DNA from: Planctomycetota bacterium
Lineage (GTDB): Bacteria; Planctomycetota; UBA1135; UBA2386
Assembly (NCBI GenBank): GCA_046290465.1
Contig: JBKAGP010000001.1
Span: 5,600,001-5,664,000 of the forward strand
Direction of reading: 5' to 3'
DNA: 64,000 nt
Shown piece after piece: positions 58,052 to 64,000 of the stretch (position 1 is its first letter; every line of letters starts with the position of its first letter). The translations under genes were made by a program, and so were the position numbers. The notes below the pieces were generated by a model, which made no database searches, was not told the DNA's origin, and saw nothing but the letters and a program-made list of their open reading frames with translations.

Positions 58052-59596
58052 ATGGCTCGACCCGAATCGGATCCAGACGAGGCCCGCCGCGCGGCTGCGG
58101 TGGCGTGCAGCGCGCTGTGCGCAGAGGTGCCGCGCGCCCGCTGCGTGCGGCCCGCGGCGCTGCACCGCCGCCTGCGCCGCCACGGCGGGGCGCTGTTCGC
58201 GCGCACGGCCGCCGACGTGCAGGTGCTGTCGCGCGCGCCGCTGCGGCTGACGGTGCACGGCGACCGCGTCGCGGTCGTCGCCCGCGAGCCTCAGGCTCGG
58301 CCGCTGCTGGCCGCGCTGGCCGAGCGCCTGGATGGCGCCCGCGTCGACGGCGACGAACTGCTCGCCCCGGTGCCGCAGCCGCCGGCTTCCGAGGGGCGGC
58401 TCGACCGGGACGTGCTGCGCGAACGGTCGGTGTTCGATCCGCTGCGCGCGCTGCTCGCGCTGGTCGCGGACCGCGACCAGGCGCCGGTGCCGGTGACCCT
58501 GTGCGGCGCGTTCGCGTTCGACCTCGTCGACCGCTTCGACGCACTGGGGGCGCGGCGCCCCGATCCGTTCGACGACCCGGACATCGACGTGCTGCTCGGC
58601 CTCGACCTGGTGCGCTACGGCGACGACGTCGTGACCGTGGTGACCCGCGGGCTGCCGTGGGAGGCGATGGCCGACGTGGTGCAGCGGCACCAGCGCACGC
58701 TCTCGGCGCTCGCCGCCGGCGACGAGGCGGTGGTCGCCGGCTCCTGCGGGCCGCGTCGCGCCGAGCGCCCCGATGCGGAGTTCGTCGACGGCGTCGAACG
58801 GCTGCGCGAGCACATCGCGGCCGGGGACGTGTTCCAGGCGGTGCTGTCGCGCGCGGTCCGCTGGCAGGGCGACGTCGACGCGCTCGAGGCGTTCGAACGG
58901 CTGGCCGCGCGCGAGCCGGCGCCGTACCAGTTCCATCTCGAACTGCAGCGCGGCGCGCTGTTCGGATCGTCGCCGGAGACCTGCGTGCGGGTGCAGCAGG
59001 GCGAGGTCGAGATCCGGCCGATCGCCGGCACGACCCTGCGCGACGCCGATGCCGACACCGACGAACGGCTGGCGCTGGCGCTGCTGTTCGATCGCAAGGA
59101 GCGGGCCGAACACGTGATGCTGCTCGACCTCGCGCGCAACGACGTCGCGCGCGTCGCCGAGCCCGGCTCGACGGCGGTGGTGCAGCAGTTCGCGATCGAG
59201 AAGTACAGCCGGGTGCAGCACCTCGTCAGCCGGGTGCGCGGCACGCTGCGCGCCGACCTCGACGCGCTGCACGCCTACCGCGCGGCGGCCAACATGGGCA
59301 CGCTCAGCGGCGCGCCGAAGCCGCGCGCGATGGAGCTGATCCGCGCGATCGAACCGGTCGGGCGCGGCTACTACGGCGGCGCGGTCGTCGCGATGACGGC
59401 CGGCGGCGACCTCGACTCGTGCATCGTCATCCGCAGCGTGCGCGCCCGCGATGGCGTGTTCCGCGCGCAGGCGGGGGCCGGCGTCGTCTGGCACAGCGAT
59501 GCCCGGCGCGAACTCGAGGAGACCGAGCGCAAGCTGCGCGCGGTGTCCGAGGTGATGGCGTCGTTCGCGGCCGCTGCGACGGAGGTGCAGGCATGA
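58052..59596 (+). CDS. trpE: Anthranilate synthase component I
   Basis: GDVFQAV, GSSPE, PIAGT, AEHVMLLDLARND, HLVS, MGTLSGAPK, YGG, IVIRS, AGAGVV. Confidence 0.93.
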   Translation: MARPESDPDEARRAAAVACSALCAEVPRARCVRPAALHRRLRRHGGALFARTAADVQVLSRAPLRLTVHGDRVAVVAREPQARPLLAALAERLDGARVDGDELLAPVPQPPASEGRLDRDVLRERSVFDPLRALLALVADRDQAPVPVTLCGAFAFDLVDRFDALGARRPDPFDDPDIDVLLGLDLVRYGDDVVTVVTRGLPWEAMADVVQRHQRTLSALAAGDEAVVAGSCGPRRAERPDAEFVDGVERLREHIAAGDVFQAVLSRAVRWQGDVDALEAFERLAAREPAPYQFHLELQRGALFGSSPETCVRVQQGEVEIRPIAGTTLRDADADTDERLALALLFDRKERAEHVMLLDLARNDVARVAEPGSTAVVQQFAIEKYSRVQHLVSRVRGTLRADLDALHAYRAAANMGTLSGAPKPRAMELIRAIEPVGRGYYGGAVVAMTAGGDLDSCIVIRSVRARDGVFRAQAGAGVVWHSDARRELEETERKLRAVSEVMASFAAAATEVQA

Positions 59597-60210
59597 GCGC
59601 CCGACGTGTGCTGCTACTGGACCATCGCGACAGCTTCGTGCACCTGCTCGCCGACCAGCTGGCGCGGCTCGGCTGCGACGTCGACGTGGTGCGCGCCGAC
59701 ATGCCGCTGGGCGCGTGGACCCGGTGCCTCGAACGGCAGGCGCCCGAGCTGGTGGTGCTGTCGCCCGGCCCCGGTCATCCCGAGGACGCGGCGCTGGCGC
59801 AGCAGTGGCTGCGGACCCGGCCTGAGCTGCCCGTGCTCGGGGTCTGCCTCGGCCATCAGCTGATCGGCATGGTCGCCGGCGCCGACGTGCGTCGTGGGGA
59901 CGAGCCGGCGCACGGCGAGGCCTGCGAGCTGTTCTGGCACGAACAGCCGTTCGCGCAGCTGCTGCCGCAGCGCATGCCGGTGGCGCGCTACCACAGCCTG
60001 GTGGTGGTCGAGCCGCGCGCGCCGCTGCGCACGCTGGCGACGACGCGCGACCGCGGTCGTGACGTCGTCATGGCCATCGAACACACCGAACTGCCGCAGA
60101 TCGGCGTGCAGTTCCATCCGGAGTCGGTGCTCACGCCGCACGGGCAGCAGCTGCTGCACAACGTGCTGGACTGGGCCGGGACTCGTGCGCAATCCGTGGA
60201 GACGAGGTGA
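59593..60210 (+). CDS. trpG: Anthranilate synthase component II (glutamine amidotransferase)
   Basis: DHRDSF, SPGPGHP, GVCLGHQ, RYHSL, QFHPES. Confidence 0.95.
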   Translation: MSARRVLLLDHRDSFVHLLADQLARLGCDVDVVRADMPLGAWTRCLERQAPELVVLSPGPGHPEDAALAQQWLRTRPELPVLGVCLGHQLIGMVAGADVRRGDEPAHGEACELFWHEQPFAQLLPQRMPVARYHSLVVVEPRAPLRTLATTRDRGRDVVMAIEHTELPQIGVQFHPESVLTPHGQQLLHNVLDWAGTRAQSVETR

Positions 60211-61259
60211 CAGACGTGAGTGACGAGACGAACGTGAAGCAACTGTTGCGCGATGTGGTCGCCGGCCAGCCGGTGGACGCGTCGCTGTTGGAGGACATTC
60301 TGCATGAGGCGATGGCCGGGGTGTGTGACGCGGTCGCGCTCGGTGCGCTGCTGGCTGCGTTGGCGTGTCGTGAGCCGGAGGCCGAGTGGTTGGTCGCCGG
60401 TGCGCGCGCGCTGCGCAGCCACGGCGTGGCCGTTCGGCCGCAGGTGCGACCGTTGGTCGACACCTGCGGCACGGGCGGGGACGGCAGCGGCACGTTCAAC
60501 GTGTCGACGGCGACCGCGCTGGTGGTCGCCGGCGCCGGCTGCGCGGTCGCCAAGCACGGCAACCGCGGCGTGTCGTCGCCGGTCGGTTCGGCCGACGTGC
60601 TCGAGGCGCTCGGCGTGCAGCTCGAGCAGACGCCCGGGCGCGCGCGCGAGCTGATCGACGCGGTCGGCTTCGCGTTCCTGTTCGCGCCGGCGTTCCATCC
60701 GGCGATGCGGCACGTCGTGCCGATCCGACGCGCGCTCGGTGTGCGCACGCTGTTCAACCTGCTCGGTCCGCTCGCCAGTCCGGCGCGCGCCGAGTTCCAG
60801 CTGGTCGGCGTCTACGCGCCGTCGCTGACGGCGGTGGTCGCCGAGGCGCTGCAGAAGCTCGGCAGCGAGGGCGCGATGGTCGTGCACTGCGATGGCGTCG
60901 ACGAGATCGGCCTGCACGCGGTGACCGAGGGCCACCTGCTGCGCGACGGTCGCATCGAACCGCTGCGCATCGCGCCCGAGGATCTCGGCCTCGAACGCGC
61001 CGGCCTTGCTGCGCTGCAGGGTGCCGGCGACAAGGACGGCAACGCGGCGTTGCTGCGGCGTGCGCTCGGTGGACGCGAAGGCGCGTGCAGCGACGTGGTC
61101 GCGGCCAATGCCGCGGCGGCGCTGTACGTCGCCGGCCGCGCGCCGACGCTGCGCGACGGTGTCGCGATCGCCCAGGAGGTGATGGCCAAGGGCGCCGCCG
61201 AACGGGTGCTGGCGCGCTACGCCGAGTCGTCGTGCGTCGGCGAGGGGGTGGCGTCGTGA
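60207..61259 (+). CDS. trpD: Anthranilate phosphoribosyltransferase
   Basis: DTCGTGGDG, NVST, KHGNR..SS..GSAD, RTLFNLLGP, GVDE. Confidence 0.96.
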   Translation: MTDVSDETNVKQLLRDVVAGQPVDASLLEDILHEAMAGVCDAVALGALLAALACREPEAEWLVAGARALRSHGVAVRPQVRPLVDTCGTGGDGSGTFNVSTATALVVAGAGCAVAKHGNRGVSSPVGSADVLEALGVQLEQTPGRARELIDAVGFAFLFAPAFHPAMRHVVPIRRALGVRTLFNLLGPLASPARAEFQLVGVYAPSLTAVVAEALQKLGSEGAMVVHCDGVDEIGLHAVTEGHLLRDGRIEPLRIAPEDLGLERAGLAALQGAGDKDGNAALLRRALGGREGACSDVVAANAAAALYVAGRAPTLRDGVAIAQEVMAKGAAERVLARYAESSCVGEGVAS

Positions 61260-61999
61260 ACGGCGTGCTGCTGGATCTGGTCGCCGCCTCGCGAGCACGG
61301 CCGGTCGTCGACGGCGACGCCCCGCCGGGCCCGCGGCCTTCGTTGGTCGCGGCGCTGCGCGGTCGCGAACGGATCTCGCTGCTGGCGGAGTTCAAGCGGC
61401 GCAGCCCGAGCGATCGGGTGTTCGCGCCGCAGGTCGACCTGCTGTCCCAGCTGCACGGCTACCAACAGGCGGGCGCCGCCGCGGTCTCGGTGCTGACCGA
61501 GCCGACGCGGTTCTGCGGCAGCATGCGCGACCTGCGTGCGGCCGTCGCGGCGAGCCCGCTGCCGATCCTGCGCAAGGACTTCCTGGTGCGGCCGGAGCAG
61601 GTGCGGGAGTCGGCGGCCAACGGCGCCAGCGCGGTGCTGCTGATCGTTCGCTGCCTGCCAGGCGCGCAGCTCGGCGAGATGGTCGACGCGTGCCGCGCCG
61701 CCGGCGTCGAGATGCTGATCGAGTGCCACGACGAGGCCGACCTCGACCGGGCGCTGCCGTTCGACGACGCCGTGCTCGGCGTCAACAACCGCGATCTGGA
61801 CACGCTGCGGGTCGACCGCGCGGTGGTCACGCGGCTGGCGCCGCGGGTGCCGACCGACCGGGTGCTGGTCGCGGAGTCCGGCTACACCGACGCCGCCCAG
61901 CTGCAACCGCTGCACGGCGTCGTCGATGCGGTGCTGATCGGCTCGGCGCTGATGCGCGGCGCCGCCGCCGGCGCGTTCGTCGCGGGAGGTCGGTCGTGA
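61256..61999 (+). CDS. trpC: Indole-3-glycerol phosphate synthase
   Basis: AEFKRRSPS, SVLTEP, LRKDF, GVNNRDL, AESG, LIGSALM. Confidence 0.95.
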   Translation: MNGVLLDLVAASRARPVVDGDAPPGPRPSLVAALRGRERISLLAEFKRRSPSDRVFAPQVDLLSQLHGYQQAGAAAVSVLTEPTRFCGSMRDLRAAVAASPLPILRKDFLVRPEQVRESAANGASAVLLIVRCLPGAQLGEMVDACRAAGVEMLIECHDEADLDRALPFDDAVLGVNNRDLDTLRVDRAVVTRLAPRVPTDRVLVAESGYTDAAQLQPLHGVVDAVLIGSALMRGAAAGAFVAGGRS

Positions 62000-62613
62000 A
62001 GGTCAAGGTCTGCGGCCTGCGGCGGGCGGCCGATGCCGAGTGCGCGATCGCGCTCGGCGCGAGCCACGTCGGGGTGGTGCTGGCGGCGGACTCGCCGCGT
62101 TGCGCGAGCCGGGACGAAGCGGCGGCGATCGTGGCGGTCGCGCGCGGCCGGGCCGAGCCGGTGCTGGTGTTCCGCGGCGAGCCGCACGACGAGGTGCTCG
62201 CCAAAAGCGACGTGCTCGGCGTGCGCCGGGTGCAGGTGCACGGCGCCGATCGACAGGCCTGCGAAGGGCTGCGCCGCGCCGGCCTGCTGCCGATCCCGGT
62301 CGCACGGGTGTCGGCGGATGCGCGCGTGCTGCCGCACTTCGAGCCGACGCCGTGCGCGCGGCAACCGGCCCTGCTCGACGGTGGCCGCGGCGGCGCGGGC
62401 CGCTGCTTCTCGTGGTCGTTGCTCGCCGACGGTGCGCCCGACGGCGTGTTCGTCGCCGGTGGGATCCGTCCCGACAACGTGCGCGAGCTGGTCGCGCTGC
62501 GTCCGTGGGGCATCGACGTCAGCAGCGGGGTCGAGCGCGAGCCCGGCGTCAAGGACCCGCAGCTGCTGACGGCGCTGTTCCAGGGCCTGCGCAGCCGGGA
62601 GGTGCTGTCGTGA
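61996..62613 (+). CDS. trpF: Phosphoribosylanthranilate isomerase
   Basis: KVCGL, SPR, VQVHG, LLD..GGAG..FSW, AGGI.PDNV, IDVSSGVE..PGVKD. Confidence 0.94.
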   Translation: MKVKVCGLRRAADAECAIALGASHVGVVLAADSPRCASRDEAAAIVAVARGRAEPVLVFRGEPHDEVLAKSDVLGVRRVQVHGADRQACEGLRRAGLLPIPVARVSADARVLPHFEPTPCARQPALLDGGRGGAGRCFSWSLLADGAPDGVFVAGGIRPDNVRELVALRPWGIDVSSGVEREPGVKDPQLLTALFQGLRSREVLS

Positions 62614-63821
62614 GCGCTTCGGGGACGAACACTACGCCGCAGATCGGCGCGTTCGGAGACTACGGTGGCCGCTACGCGCCCGAACTGCTCTGGCACGCCC
62701 TCGAGGAGCTCGCCGACGCGCACCGTCGCATCGTGCCGTCGCCGGAGTTCCAGCGCGAGTTCCGCAAGGAGCTGCGCACCTGGGCGGGCCGGCCGACGCC
62801 GCTGACGTTCGCGCCGAGCTTCTCGGAAGCCGCGCGGCTGCGCGTGTTCTTGAAGCGCGAGGACCTGCTGCACGGCGGCGCCCACAAGACCAACAACGTG
62901 GTCGGCCAGGCGCTGCTCGCCCGGCGTCTCGGCAAGCGCCGGCTGGTCGCCGAGACCGGCGCCGGCCAGCACGGGGTCGCGACCGCGATGGCGGGCGCCC
63001 GGCACGGCCTCGCCGTCACCGTCTACATGGGCGCGCGCGACGTCGAACGGCAGGCTCCGAACGTCGCGCGCATGAAGCTGTGCGGCGCCGAGGTGGTGCC
63101 GGTGCAGACCGGTGCGGCGACGCTCAAGGAGGCCATCGACGACGCGCTGCGCGACTGGTCCGCTTCGGTCGAGGACACGCACTACGTGCTCGGCACGGTC
63201 TGCGGCCCCGATCCGTTCCCGGCCTTGGTGCGCGACCTGCACGCGGTCATCGGCCGCGAGGCGCGCGCGCAGGTCCGGCGTGCGCTAGGCGGGCTGCCGC
63301 AGGCGGCGATCGCGTGCGTCGGTGGCGGCAGCAACGCGATCGGCCTGTTCTCCGGCTTCGTCGACGACGACGCGGTGCAGCTGTTCGGCGCCGAGCCCGG
63401 CGGCGACGGCATCGCCAGCGGCCGCCACGGCGCGACCCTGTGCGAGGGCACGCCCGGTCTGCTGCACGGGGCCCGCAGCTACGTCTTGCAGGACCGCGAC
63501 GGCCAGGTGCGCGACAGCCACAGCGTCGCGGCCGGCCTCGACTACCCCGCGGTCGGTCCCGAGCACGCGTTCCTGCGCGACCGCGGCCGCGCGCGCTACT
63601 TCGCGGTCGAGGATGACGAGGCGCTCGCGGCGGTCTCGTCGCTGACCCGTAGCGAGGGCATCTTGCCGGCGATCGAGACCGCGCACGCGCTGGCGCTGTG
63701 CCTGCGCGCGGTCGACGACGGCCTGCTCCACGAAGGCGACGCGGTCGTCGTCAACCTGTCCGGCCGCGGCGACAAGGACCTCGCGACGCTGCTCGAGCGC
63801 CTGCCGGGAGGTGCGTCGTGA
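62610..63821 (+). CDS. trpB: Tryptophan synthase beta chain
   Basis: KREDLLHGGAHKTNN, AETGAGQHG, CVGGGSNAIG, AGLDYP.VGPEH, LSGRGDKD. Confidence 0.97.
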   Translation: MSASGTNTTPQIGAFGDYGGRYAPELLWHALEELADAHRRIVPSPEFQREFRKELRTWAGRPTPLTFAPSFSEAARLRVFLKREDLLHGGAHKTNNVVGQALLARRLGKRRLVAETGAGQHGVATAMAGARHGLAVTVYMGARDVERQAPNVARMKLCGAEVVPVQTGAATLKEAIDDALRDWSASVEDTHYVLGTVCGPDPFPALVRDLHAVIGREARAQVRRALGGLPQAAIACVGGGSNAIGLFSGFVDDDAVQLFGAEPGGDGIASGRHGATLCEGTPGLLHGARSYVLQDRDGQVRDSHSVAAGLDYPAVGPEHAFLRDRGRARYFAVEDDEALAAVSSLTRSEGILPAIETAHALALCLRAVDDGLLHEGDAVVVNLSGRGDKDLATLLERLPGGAS

Positions 63822-64000
63822 GCGCGGCCGGACTGCGGCAGCGGCTGGCGACGGGCGAACGCCACGTCAGCCCGTTCTTGATGCTCGGCGACCCGTCGCC
63901 GGAGATCTGCGTGCAGCTGTGCCGGGCGCTGGTCGACGCCGGCGCCGGCATGCTCGAGCTCGGCATCCCGTACGCGGATCCGAGCGCCGACGGGCCCGCC
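63818..64000 (+). CDS. trpA: Tryptophan synthase alpha chain (5' part; runs off the window)
   Basis: GTG overlaps the trpB stop; PFLMLGDP, LELGIPYADPSADGP. Confidence 0.92.
   Translation, partial: MSAAGLRQRLATGERHVSPFLMLGDPSPEICVQLCRALVDAGAGMLELGIPYADPSADGPA

Overview
High-GC bacterial window. Gene content and style (ECF sigma/Ser-Thr kinase pair, FG-GAP/UnbV protein, DUF6797-like protein plus multiheme cytochrome, signal peptides ending in A-Q) suggest an uncultured Planctomycetota genome; this is inference. About 50 real genes can be separated from GC-rich shadow ORFs. Housekeeping and metabolic genes: an ALDH7-type aldehyde dehydrogenase, CPA2 and NhaD-like transporters, zwf-opcA, nadA, topA, an acyl-CoA dehydrogenase and bioY. 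There are three ECF sigma modules and a decayed IS91-family element next to a small island of foreign and chimeric genes. Main results: (1) a whole-pathway trpEGDCFBA operon with enteric-type sequences, preceded by an unannotated Trp-rich leader peptide (WCWWW) and a full 1:2/2:3/3:4 attenuator; its TrpE lacks both Trp feedback motifs. (2) A Vibrio-TonB2-like import locus (secreted beta-helix protein, lipoprotein, TonB-dependent receptor, DUF3450, TtpC-like, ExbB, ExbD, TonB, TPR) with 11-bp-periodic Pho-box-like repeats in front of both transcription units. (3) A shared ~120-aa C-terminal domain on two unrelated secreted proteins, a candidate lineage-specific sorting signal. (4) An 87-bp CTAG-bounded repeat in two inverted copies, each overlapping the stop codon of a neighbouring gene. 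(5) A G-quadruplex-capable tract abutting the topA -35 box. Family assignments come from motif recognition only; no searches were run.
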